Source: Trichinella spiralis
Taxonomy: Eukaryota
Assembly: GCF_000181795.1 (NCBI RefSeq)
Contig: NW_003526943.1
Coordinates: 3,300,609-3,364,608 of the forward strand
Direction: 5' to 3'
DNA: 64,000 nucleotides
Of this stretch, positions 1 to 11,760 are shown one piece after another. Within the stretch, counting starts at the first letter, position 1, and each line of letters begins with the position of its first letter. Under the pieces are notes generated by a model that was not told the DNA's origin, ran no database searches, and saw nothing but the letters and a program-made list of their open reading frames with translations. Made by a program: the position numbers and the translations under genes.

Positions 1-199
1 CATTTCAGTGAACCTTTGCCCAATGTATATATTGTTTTAAATTATTGTATTAATTTTACAGAGCGAAATCAAATAAGTTTAACGAAGCAATAAGCTTAAA
101 AAATAATATGAACTTTACTTTTTTTATTAGTTTGTGTCTTTTGAGAAATGTTGCTTTATTTTGTTATTGGATGTTTTAAATTTAAATGTTTAAATTTAG

Positions 200-449
200 A
201 AAAGGTAAGATTGGAATATGCATTTTGGCAGGGGACGTCTCGCCTATAGACTATTACAGCCATATTCCAATAGTGTGCGAAGAAAAAAATTTAGCATACA
301 TATTTTTGCCCAGTAAAAACCATATTGGTGCCGCAATGCAGTCTAATCGTCCAATAATGATTGCTTACATTCTTTGTTGTGAATCTTACAAAGATTTGTA
401 TAATGAAGTTCATAAAATTATTGAAGCGCTTCCGATGCCTAATGAGTGA
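200..449 (+). CDS. NHP2: H/ACA snoRNP subunit NHP2 (L7Ae family), final exon; gene begins upstream of the window
   Basis: After a TTTAG acceptor (ends 199): KGKIGICILAGDVSPIDYYSHIPIVCEEKNLAYIFLPSKNHIGAA, matching the NHP2 motif LAGDxSPIDxxSHIPxxCE. Stop TGA at 447-449. Confidence 0.85.
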
Positions 450-667
450 CTATATTTTATTTTGAAAATATGAAATTTAATTGACCTACCTATGTTTATT
501 GTTAATTTAAGGTTCGATGCATTTTCAGTAAATGTCTATTTTTCATGTTGTTGTTGTTGTTGTCAGTTGCAAAATCGTTTGCATTTTGCTTTATTATTTT
601 AGTATGCACAATGGGAAAAGTCTGATGAACAGAATTCAGTTTTTCACCGAGTGTATCACCTTATGTA

Positions 668-1446
668 TCATTGTAGTTTTCCTTCGTTATTGGCGAGATT
701 GCTTACAAAAATGTCGAACATTTCTTTGCAAATTTCCGATTCATCTGGTGGCATTTTTTCAGTAACCTATAATTGTTCAAAAAATAAAAAAAACTACAAT
801 AATTTAAATGTTAAAAACTTCACTTTGCTATTTTTGTTTGTTATTTAATCATACTGAATAATAAACGTGTAATTAAAAATGATGCTTTAATCTAATTGAA
901 TAATTAAAAGAAAGTCATTCTTGAACATCCAAAAATAATAAATTACCATTTTAACGCCAACATGATATGGCATACAGTTTTCAATTATTTTAGTTTTGAT
1001 TTATATTATTAATTTCAATTATTGTTTTTTCAATTGAAATCATTCTACTTACTCTTTTAATTTTATGCAACAGTCTGTTGTATTCGTGACGCAAAATTGG
1101 TGGCTGTATGGAATTTATGCCTGGCCAGGTTAATTGATATTCGGCTAAGCTGCCCAAGTTCAAACAGTTGCTTTCTGACATGAAATCGCCAGGCTCAAAT
1201 GGTTTCAGACCTGCAGTCATTGCCTGCAGTGCTTCTTTTTCTAATTCTAAAATTAATAGTATAATTTTCTTCGATTTCACCACACAATTTCATCCAATTC
1301 TTTGATTAGCAAAGTGCAGAAGAACAAAATTAAACAGTTTTCATTTTATGAATTTTACCGACATCATCTTCGTTCAAACTTTCGAAATTGTTGAAGAACA
1401 ACGACAATAACATGGGAAATAAGGAAAATATTAACAACGCGATCAT
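668..1446 (-). CDS. Small secreted protein, paralog B (~126 aa, 3 exons), function unknown
   Basis: Exons 1446-1359, 1246-1053 and 766-668 with GT-AG introns in consistent phases (1, 0). Hydrophobic N-terminus MIALLIFSLFPMLLSLFF. Contains CLNLGSLAEYQLTW and PDESEICKEMFDIFV. Confidence 0.7.
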
Positions 1447-1650
1447 TTTTCAACGTCTGATGCAGCATGCGGTGGTGGGATGAATTTAAAGGACAATTGA
1501 AAAACACCGCTGACCATGCATGCATGCATTATTTAGTGGCTTTGTCAGGGAACCAGCTTGGCGAAATGAAAATCTCTGACAATGTTCTCATTTTGATGAA
1601 GCTTTTCATTGAATATTATCATTTTCCCTTTGCAGTACAGTAATTTCCAA

Positions 1651-2876
1651 CTAATCTTTCCGGGTGACTGTTCCGCTGTTGTTGTTTTTCTTTTTACCCT
1701 TGAAAATTATGAATTGTCTGTTTGTATAGTCAATGTTATGACCAAAATAATGGTTCTTTGTTTGGCGTGAAATTTTCAGCTTATGCATTAAAATTATGCT
1801 TTCATAAATTTCTATTAAAAAAGAAGATTACAATAATTGCGGCAATCTTTTGCATTCAATGTAGAACTTTTAGAATTTACTATTATTTAATTTTACTTTC
1901 ATTGCTATTTTCGCCAGCAATTTTAAAATTTACTCCACTGGTGACTGTTATTGTTATTTTGAACTTACTTTTCTTTTTTTGTTTTGAAAATTTGTCAAAC
2001 AACTTGCATATAAAGCATTCAATAAAATTATTTAAAAAACAATTTTTTTTATAAAATTAAGTTTTTGAAATTATAATTTTGTTTCAAAATTTGAAAAATT
2101 TTCAATTTTAATTTTTAGAAATTTATACTGTAACGTGGCATGCGGGTAAGTAAAGTATCGTTTTTTTATTATTGAAAACAAAGCAGTTGTTCGTAAAGAT
2201 TTACTTGAATTGATACTAATATTTTTGATATTCAGTACTGGTTGATATTAGTAAATCAGAATAGTTTGTTTAAGAAAGAAAATCGTCATATTCTGCTTCA
2301 CATACGACTCACGTTACGGTCGACGAAAAGCTTCAGCATCATTTCACATTTGCTAAATTCTGATGGCTTAAAGCTGCTTTGAAGTGCATCCTAAATAGAA
2401 TAATTTATTTATTTATTTATATTTTTTTGAAAAAATAGCTCTTTAAATATAATTTCAACTAATAAACGCTTTTATAAGAGAATTTTGTTGGTTTGAAATA
2501 TTTTTGAATAAATAATATGTTTAAAAATAATTTACCACAACGGTATCTCTCAAAACTTCTTCAATATTTCTTCTCTGCAATGTTTGAACGTTCGATTCTT
2601 CCAACCATGCCAGTTGCCATGCTCCAATCATTGCTACCGCTTCGCATGGATTGCGGTCGTTGTAAAGCGGCTTTTCAAATTTGCCAATACCATTCGGAAG
2701 TGAGAACAATGAATTTTGCAACGAATCTTAAATCATATTAATTTTTATTTTTTCAAAAATGAAAGATATTAAAATTAAAAATTTTTTATACTGGTGTAAT
2801 AGTCGATGCTCCTGTACAAGCAAGCACTGGGAAGCACTTGGAACAAAGCGACAAACAAAAACAGTGCAGCGAGCAT
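1651..2876 (-). CDS. Small secreted protein, paralog A (~133 aa, 4 exons), function unknown
   Basis: Exons 2876-2792, 2726-2536, 2390-2313 and probably 1698-1651; phases 1, 0, 0. Signal-peptide-like MLAALFLFVALFQVLPSA. Contains CEAVAMIGAWQLAW and PSEFSKCEMMLKLFV. The last exon is least certain. Confidence 0.7.
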
Positions 2877-5059
2877 CTTTGATTTTAAATTTTTGAAAAC
2901 GGCGTCAGCTTTTATTGCAAATTTTCATCCAACTGTAATCCAGTTCAATCGTTTTATTCCGTCGGGAGCGACTTTTTTTCCCCCAATCTCTATTCAACTG
3001 TGACTATTTTTTGCCACAACTATTGTATTGCATAATGGTTGTTTTTCACTTCAAATATAATCCAACTGGTTGTAATTGGGCAAAAAATATTATAATTTAT
3101 TCATTTTGATTTTTTTTTCATAAATAAAATACAATACAATTTAAAAATAGTGATCTGTCGTATTTGAATGAAGCATATGATGGATGCATGAATGGACGTT
3201 TTTCAAATTCACATGCTTCCATCACATGCTATGGTTTAAAAACAAATTATTATTATTTTATCATAAATAATTTATTTCTTATGAGTTTCACTGATACATT
3301 TTAAATTTTAATTTAAAAAATATTTTCAAACATTTTTCACTTTTTCATTCGAATAATTGAATAAATGCTGTTTCCATTTATATGTTTGCTCAAGTTACTT
3401 TTCAATATGCAAACTGTAATTTTTTTCCGATTTTTGGTTTTTTATGAATATAATTCTACTTTAAAAAAATAATAAATTCTAAATTGAACTAGCAGCAACG
3501 CATGCACAGCAAGTTTTGTTACTTCTGTATGCGTAAACAATTACCAGTTAAAGCTGCTTTTCGTTGGGCACGTGAATTGTGAGGAAATTCACAATTGATT
3601 GCACCATCGGGTTGCACAAAAATGTCCATAAATTATCAATTATGATTTTTTATATATCTTTGCAACTCTTTCTCATAAAATCAAAATTATACTGTGCGAT
3701 ATCCAGTTATTAAAAGCAAGAAAACCATACAGACAAAAGCAGTGAAAAATAAAGTGTAATTTATTGACTGACTGACAGTATGTGAACAAAGTGAATAGCT
3801 GATATTGTCATTGATGAATATGGTAACCAGTCTGAAACAACAAAAAATGAAAAAATGCTGTTGAGAACAACGAAATACTAGATGATAAAACACATTCTAG
3901 AAATAAACAATTGGTTTAAATTTTATGCTAGCAATATTTTCTTTTGACCAGCACAATGCAGAAATGTTTGAGCAGCAACTAATTAAAATGATATCTTATC
4001 AATCTTATAAATCGTTAAAATTGTCTACAGTTTATTAAATTCAAAAGTTTGTGAATTTCTATTAAATAACAACATAACAACATTTATGCAATGCCCTGGT
4101 AATATCCACCCTTGTACGAAGGCCACGCAGCGGACAGCTTGCATAAGCAGGCTTACAAGGCAAACGGTAAAAGGCATGCCGTGCCATCCGTCGGCCCCAT
4201 AAATTACGTGGATGAAAAGCAAAGGCGAAGTTGCCTCCTAAATAATCAACGACTGCGCCCCTGGCTCATCGTCAGCATCTTAAATCCAAGTACAAATCCT
4301 CTAAAGAGTCGGAGAGTACAAGTGATATCGTTTGCATTTTGTCGTACTATTTGCTTAATTGCAATGAAGCTCTACCCATTTCTTTGCGTGTATTCTGCAA
4401 TGAATTGCAGAGAAATCAAGATCTTGGACACGAAAGTGGATCCAAGCCTTGCTGGCTGGCTGAACATGTCACAATAGATACTCAGTATATTCTTTAGATT
4501 AAACGTTATTTCTAAAACATCCCTTCAATTACTTGCAATTCTTCAATTTTATTTTTTATTTTTTTAATTATGCAAAAAAATTTAATAACTGTTTCACTTA
4601 TTTTAATGCACAATCAAAGTTCCTGCATATCAAACTAATCTTCTGTAGTAAACGTGCGCCAAAACGTGATAAAACGAAATTATGAAAAAAATATTGTTCA
4701 TCTATTTTTTCAATTAGAAAAACATTATGCAAGAAATGCACTTATGTAACTTAATTGTATACTTGTATGTTTTATAAGATAAAAAAACACTACTTTCAAT
4801 TTAATATTCAATTGCTTTTTTTGTTTTAGTAATTAATGTTCAATTAAAATTTCCATATGTTGTAAATTTATCGTTTTAATCAATGAAACATAACAACAAC
4901 GGGTTAAATAAATAATAATTAAATAAAATAACAATAAAGAAGAAACAACAACAGTCCCCCTTTGGTAAGTGCAATCATCCAACGAATGAGCTGCAAATAG
5001 AACTTTTCATATTATCGTTTTTTTGATATCAATTTTTCAAATTTCAAATCTTCATATTA

Positions 5060-8000
5060 TTAACAGCTAACCGCTTTGGTTTCATCGTCATTTTCAACAG
5101 CTATTTGCTGTTGCTGCTCCAGTTCATTTATGCAATCTTTTGTTATCGATGCTCGCTGTTGAATTTCCATATTTTCAACATGCTTCAATAAATCTTGGCG
5201 AAGTTCTGGACAAGTTTCAATGGCATTTCGAAGCTGTGAAGCCGGAAGTTGAAGCAAGGCAGCATAGCCATGGATTTTGAGTTTCGATGAACACTGCACA
5301 AAAGCCTGCCATGCATCTTCTCCTTGTTTCCAAATTTGTTTGGTGACAAATTTTTGCAAAATACTACCAATCAGATTGTCAAGTGATGCTTGTGCTTCAA
5401 GCAGCAATGGAATGGTATGGAAAAAAATAGCTGGGACCACTTGTCGCTCGCTAATTTGCTTGATTATACCACTTAACAAATCACTGCTAAACATATGTTT
5501 GTTTTGCAACAATGCACCAAACAAATTCAACAACTGAGTGGAATCGTTTTCATTTGTCACTTCGAGCTCACACATCTCAAGCCAAAGTTCATCAGCTGTG
5601 ATGACAGTTTTCGATCCTGAACTACTACAGACTACTTTGCCAGTGATCATTTTGAATATCTGCGCTGGAAGACGAATTAATTTTGGCAACAAGCTGATAA
5701 ACTGCTCCTTATTCAAAGCTGGAAGAATCGGTACCAAAAATCGAACATCCGGCCGACGCTTTGTATACAACGTCCAAACTGCATTCACTAATTCGGCATT
5801 CAGTGAATTCTTATCCAACCAAGGTTCCAGTATGCGAGGTATCAAAGCTTCAGCATTTCTTGGACACTGTTTCACCAACTCTACAATGTCATTCGCAGGG
5901 ATGGAACTTTGCTTTATCGGCTTGGACAAGTATGTATTTATCAAACGCTTCACGTTCACACCACAAGCAACGTATACATCTGGCAATAACTGCAAAAAGT
6001 CAACTTGCTGTGGAAGTAAATGACAATACACACGAAAACAAATTCGAACTGATCTTTCATCCCACTTTTTTTCTTCATTTTCATCCAACAACAGATAATC
6101 TGGAGGTACAGCTTGTTCAAGTAGATGCAGATGATTCAGTGCCAATTCTTTTACCAAATCTTTCGTAGGAGGATATCTGTAAAGTGAATTCAACTTTTCA
6201 AGCCAACCATTTACAATTGCCGTGTCATCATCAAATGTCGACAAGCTAGCAAATTCAGCAAACAATTCCTTTCTCTGACCAGGACGATGCTTAATTACTG
6301 AAGTAAACATGTTCAAGCAAGGAATGTAAGTGCTGCGTTGTTTGCAACCTTGTTTCAACACTTGCAACGCCTGCACGGATAACTGAGGTGCATAGATAAC
6401 CAGACGACAGAATAAATTAAGCTGAATGTCACCACCGGATAGCAAAGCAGATAACAAACTATCCAGTGTGTTGTTATACTGGTTTAAGGCTCTTTCCGTT
6501 GCTGTTGTGTTACCTTGTCTTCTCAGTTGTAAATAAATTGAATACTGGTAATAAAGTAATCGCAAAGCCAGTTCACCTGAACTTAAAGTTTCGGTGAGAA
6601 TTTTCTGCAATAATTTGTCTTTCAATTCGGCTTTTTCATATAAGCTGCACATTGTTATTAAAATGTGCCTTTGATTTTCCGCATCTTCAGATCCAAGTTC
6701 AAATTTCTGAAGATTCAAAATACGTTCAAATAAATTTTCAATCACTGAACGCGCCTCTTCCGTTGGCAACGGTGCAACTTTGTCAGCTAAATTTATCCTT
6801 TTCGCTACAGATTTCGATGCTGACTGTATTTTATATTGCTCGTTTGACAATATTCCTTTTTTTTCTCCATCCAAATCTTCATCATCTTCATCTTCATCAC
6901 CAGCATCGTCGTCATCATCAGCACCATCGACATCATCAGCATCTTTCTTTTCTTCTCTTTTTTTCACTTGTCTCTTATTGGTCAATTTCAAATTGCAAGA
7001 CAATCCAGCCGAAGAAATTACAGATGCGATGGTACTTGAAATACGTTCAATCTGCTCATTAATAGGCAAAGAATCAATTGGTACGTATTCACGCAAAAAC
7101 TTTTCCGGCATAATTTTAGGCAAATGTGGAAAAGAGGCTAATACTAGCTCCACACAATTGTCTGGGGTCAAAGTGTCAACAAGAAAACTGCATATTCGTT
7201 TCAATTGCGCTTGTGGGTCACTTTTCCTCTTTTTGGCCGAACATTCAGCAGCATTCAAATTATCCCCAGTAGCTGATCTTTTCAATTTCGACTTGCTAAT
7301 ACCTGTCAGACGTGCCAGTTCGGCAGGGCTGATGCCAAGCTTTTGTAAAATTGCCGCAATTTCCAGTACAGCTTCAGAAGAGCATGGCAAATTGATCAAA
7401 GTAGTCAAATGAAATCGCATCACTTTAAATAAACTTTCCATTTGACTGTGGGATAAAGTTGGCGGGATGTCAACAATTAATTTTTTGCAACAATCTAAAA
7501 ATCGATCCAAAAATTCCGCATCATTTCTAACAATATCAGTTAAACTTTTCAAACACACGCTGAGACCACTGAGGGAAATGTGCGGCGCGACCAGTTGTCG
7601 TGTGAGACTAGAAAACAACAGATCGTTGCTAGCTTGCAATTCAGTCGCTAACTGACAACCGTATGCAGAAGATTTCAGATTCGCCGATTCTTCAATTTGA
7701 GCCAAAATGCAATGTTCCAAAAACTTAAACACATAAATTTTGATCCCTTCATTTTCAGACTCAAGCCATGATAATACACCAGTTTTAAATTCGCTCACAG
7801 CATGCCACGTTTGATCGACGCCAAACTGAGATGGTGGCTTCTGTAAAATCCATTTCAATGCCGAACGATAAATCAACGTCATCGACGCAAGAATCTTTTT
7901 CAAAAGATGGTCATCCGCTTCGCTGAGCATATTCAATACTGTTGGTACAGCACGCTCGACGAAATACACTTCTGTACGACAAACCGATCCACACAAGCTT

Positions 8001-8194
8001 AACAAAAAGCTTCTCAATTCAAAATTCGAAAATCGAAATACCAACTGAACAATTTCATCGAAAAAGTCATTTAAAAGAGATGAACTTTTGTCATCCATGA
8101 TTAATTGTTCAACTTCGTTTAACAATCGTAAGCGTTCTTCTGCATTTGTTGTTTTTTCAGCTTGTTTTAATAAAATGCTCACTTCCATCTCCAT
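5060..8194 (-). CDS. SYMPK: Symplekin (3'-end processing scaffold), single coding exon, 1044 aa
   Basis: N-terminal RLRLLNEVEQLIMDDKSSSLLNDFFDEI and C-terminal DVRFLVPILPALNKEQFISLLPKLI and LVTKQIWK-like segments match symplekin. A TTTCAG acceptor lies ~35 nt upstream of the ATG. Confidence 0.9.
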   Translation of the reverse strand: MEMEVSILLKQAEKTTNAEERLRLLNEVEQLIMDDKSSSLLNDFFDEIVQLVFRFSNFELRSFLLSLCGSVCRTEVYFVERAVPTVLNMLSEADDHLLKKILASMTLIYRSALKWILQKPPSQFGVDQTWHAVSEFKTGVLSWLESENEGIKIYVFKFLEHCILAQIEESANLKSSAYGCQLATELQASNDLLFSSLTRQLVAPHISLSGLSVCLKSLTDIVRNDAEFLDRFLDCCKKLIVDIPPTLSHSQMESLFKVMRFHLTTLINLPCSSEAVLEIAAILQKLGISPAELARLTGISKSKLKRSATGDNLNAAECSAKKRKSDPQAQLKRICSFLVDTLTPDNCVELVLASFPHLPKIMPEKFLREYVPIDSLPINEQIERISSTIASVISSAGLSCNLKLTNKRQVKKREEKKDADDVDGADDDDDAGDEDEDDEDLDGEKKGILSNEQYKIQSASKSVAKRINLADKVAPLPTEEARSVIENLFERILNLQKFELGSEDAENQRHILITMCSLYEKAELKDKLLQKILTETLSSGELALRLLYYQYSIYLQLRRQGNTTATERALNQYNNTLDSLLSALLSGGDIQLNLFCRLVIYAPQLSVQALQVLKQGCKQRSTYIPCLNMFTSVIKHRPGQRKELFAEFASLSTFDDDTAIVNGWLEKLNSLYRYPPTKDLVKELALNHLHLLEQAVPPDYLLLDENEEKKWDERSVRICFRVYCHLLPQQVDFLQLLPDVYVACGVNVKRLINTYLSKPIKQSSIPANDIVELVKQCPRNAEALIPRILEPWLDKNSLNAELVNAVWTLYTKRRPDVRFLVPILPALNKEQFISLLPKLIRLPAQIFKMITGKVVCSSSGSKTVITADELWLEMCELEVTNENDSTQLLNLFGALLQNKHMFSSDLLSGIIKQISERQVVPAIFFHTIPLLLEAQASLDNLIGSILQKFVTKQIWKQGEDAWQAFVQCSSKLKIHGYAALLQLPASQLRNAIETCPELRQDLLKHVENMEIQQRASITKDCINELEQQQQIAVENDDETKAVSC

Positions 8195-8799
8195 CTTTTC
8201 AGTTTAGCTTGCTGACGTGATTATTTCCCTGAAACATCCAAATATAAATAACAAATATAAAATGAAAAACATTACATACAAAAAACAACACATGCATTCA
8301 CTAGCAATATAGCAATAAACACGTGGACCTTATTACGTGCTTAGAACAACAAAAAAGTGGATGACAATGAAAACAACTTCGCTTATTCGCGAAACTCCTT
8401 CAGATGTGAAAATGATTCACTCATAACACATGCATTATTTAGAATATCATGCAATTATTAAAAGAATCATAATTATCATGCATAAGCATTATTCCGTTGG
8501 ATGACATGTATTCTACAACACTAATATAATATACGTTGTAAAATACACAATAACATTATAATCTCAAGCATTAGCTACTGATCAACAAAAGAGTTCAAAA
8601 CTTAAATTATAGGTCAGTCGATCACTCATACAGTTAGTTATTTTCAGGTTTGATAAACAACAGTTACTGTTATTAATGAAAAATAGTAAGTATCACATTT
8701 GTATCTAAAAATTTTTGTAACTTTTATATTTAATCTTAATATTACAATAATTTTTTTATGTATTTCAATAAAGTAATTTCTACCGACAGAACAGAATTG

Positions 8800-10310
8800 T
8801 ACGAACCTGAAGGTCAGAAAAGAGGAGTACAGTAATATGGATGTTGCGATTGATTGCTCGATAAACGAAGTTGCTGCTATTTTTGGACAAGTGTGTAACA
8901 AATTAACTGATCCACCGTATCAGTTGTTTGACTTACACATTCGAGAATAGCACGTGAGATTCTTGGAGGCACTAGACTGCGCTCCAGAATGTGATTGCGC
9001 GATTAAATTGATTCTGACCATCGGCAAAAGACTTCTATCCACGACGATATTAAGTATATGGGAAGCAAAACCCCTGGAAATGAACGACGAAAAGAGCAGC
9101 GATCGAAGAACGCGTGAAAAGGAGCGACACTACGCCCATTCGAAAGGAAAAACCATAAATGAAGATGAAGGACGATCGACGAATTAACAAAGTTCTCTCA
9201 ACGAAGGTCGTAGTCAGAAAATCCTGTGTTGTGTGTAGAATGGAACATCGAATAGAACAGTGTCCCTCATTTCTCAGGGCGACCAAATAACAGCGATGGG
9301 CATTAGTAAAACAACATGGGTTATGTTTCCATTGCTTAAGACAAGCACAAATTGCCGCCTGCGAAGTAGCAAAACGACATCGAAGATAAGTGACTTGCAT
9401 CCGTTTCTTTCAAGGGAAAGGAATTTTACCGCAAAAGAGGGGACCAGCAAAGCGGAAACAGATCACGCACCAAAGAAGGATACGGAAGAAACTCTTGACG
9501 GAAAGGACGACTCCAAAAATTTGGTAAAGGTGTGCGCAAATCAGTTACAGACTTCCCATGGCAGAACGTATCTGTGAACTGCGATAGCGTACATATGGAC
9601 TTCAAATGGTAATCATAGGAAGGTCATGTGTTTTTTTGACTCCGGTTTACAACGTTCGTTTGTAACAAAACGGTTGCCGATAGTCTTAGACTGGCGGGAC
9701 TCGAGGAGTATATGTACATATCTACGTTCAACGAGGAAGGCCGTCATGAGAATTTACATTATGTGTAACATTCTTATTGAAAGGAATCTCGTCGAAACGC
9801 CCGTACAGAAAGACTGACGCCTATTACGTCAAAAAGATCTGATACGCTGGAAGAAAATTCACCTGTGAAATGGAACCACACGAGAAATTTACATTTGATG
9901 GGTGAGTTCCCACATGAATGTTGTGTAGTACCTGAGAAGCAGAATCTTTGCTCAAATTACACGTCTTCAGCGATGTATTTGAAGTCGCTTATGGAGCCGT
10001 TGTATACTCGATAACGGTTTCTGCGGACGAGGAAATTACCACGAGGTTGGTGATATCGAAGTGCCGAGTGATTCTGATAAAACGAGTTACTATTCCAAGA
10101 TTGGAACTTATAGCAGCGTTGGTTGCTGCGAGATTAGTGACGTACATGGCGGGTCAATTGTCACTGATGATCGACCAAATCACTTGCTGGTCTGACGAGA
10201 AGGTGACTACCTTATGGATAAAGAGCCCCAGGAACGGTTGCATTGTTATGGGAAAAATCTCGTTGAATCCATCCAACAAGTGGCCGGCGCCAGTACCTGC
10301 TGCTATTTCC
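8800..10310 (+). mobile_element. Degenerate BEL/Pao LTR retrotransposon fragment
   Basis: Gag Zn knuckle CVVCRMEHRIEQC (~9223), protease-like FDSGLQRSFVT (~9635), and Pao RNase H LHVFSD...AYGAVVY...TIPRLELIAAL...CWSD (9957-10195). Frameshifted, with no RT seen. Boundaries are approximate. Confidence 0.8.
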
Positions 10311-11760
10311 TAAATGTGCAGTTTAAAAAATTGAATTTAAAATACCTTAAAACAATTACCACGTTGTGGTATTTTAACAAGTTAAAAGTAAAATGTACCA
10401 GCAATTTTTGTATAAATTGGTGAAAATCCAATTAGGGACCTGATAATTAGTACTTTTGCCTTTCAGTTTTTGTCACTGTGGCTATGTCACTATTTCGGAT
10501 AATAACGGGGGTGGAAATGAATTTTAATAAATCAAGATCAGTAAAATATTGTTTTCTGTTTTCAAAATAGTTTTTCTTCATTAAGAATCTTTCAAAGCTA
10601 AACTTGTTTTTATAACTAAAAATGAATTATCAATATTAATTGTGTATATTTTTTATTTCAATGAAGCACCACCACTAACCAATAAGCATGTATTTTATTG
10701 CTAAGGTTGTTCAGCTCGCTTCGTTTATGAATTAATTTGTTATTGTAGCACATTTTGAAAGTTTAGATTGTTTTAAGTAACTGTATTATTTTATATTTTC
10801 AAGATTCTTTCGCATTATATTCCAATTTCATAATAACAAAACAACATCAAACATATAAAATGAATTTGTTTTGCTAATCAAATACATTGATTGATACATT
10901 ATAAACTTGTGCAGTTATAAATAATTTTTCGACTGCACACTGCAGAGAGATGCTATAGTCGTTTGCAAGTTTATTTGATTATCATTTTTAAAATTTGTAA
11001 ATTTACAGTGTAAATATAGATGTGTTAAATTTTATACTGCTTCAAGTTTAATGGACTTTTCTAATTAACAGATCAATAATAATCAAGATAAAAAATTTTC
11101 AAATTACATTATTCTACAATGGGAAACATAGCTAAATCCTGCGTTTTATTAATACTGTCATTCAGTGCAGTAATTGCTTTATGAAGTGTGAATTCAAAAT
11201 AATGCGGATCAGGTTGTTAACCTTTTATGATTCAGCTTTGTTATGAATATTATAGAATTATTGGATTATTATTTTTTTCTGGTTACATATGGTGAGTTTT
11301 TTCTGACAATATTTAATCAGTTTTAATATTATTTCTTACTTGATGAATCTTATAACGAAGCATTTGAAAGGCATTTTATTTAAAAAATTAAAATGAAATT
11401 ATTTATTAGTATTTTTTATAAATATTATTTTAATGAAGTTTTTCGAAATTAATGCCAATGCCGTATTTATGTTTTTTTGCATGTATTTTTTGATTTTATG
11501 AATTTATGTAAAAATAATATAGTATAATATAAAATTTTAGAAGATTTTATATTTTGTACCGGATACTTTTGCAATATATTCAAATGAACTAAATTATAGT
11601 GAATTGTATTATTTACTTGTTTAAAATTTCTGTTTTTTGCTTTCTGCTTTACTAGTTTGTGTCGGTATATTGAAGTGCTAGTTTACATAGTTGAAGTATT
11701 TTTATTCAATAGAAAGTTGAAATGCTAAGTAATTGGGCTTTGATATTCGATTTGTTGTAG

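Noticed and set aside
5277..7655. Several plus-strand ORFs of up to 210 aa
   Set aside because: Antisense shadows of the symplekin ORF, with low-complexity translations.
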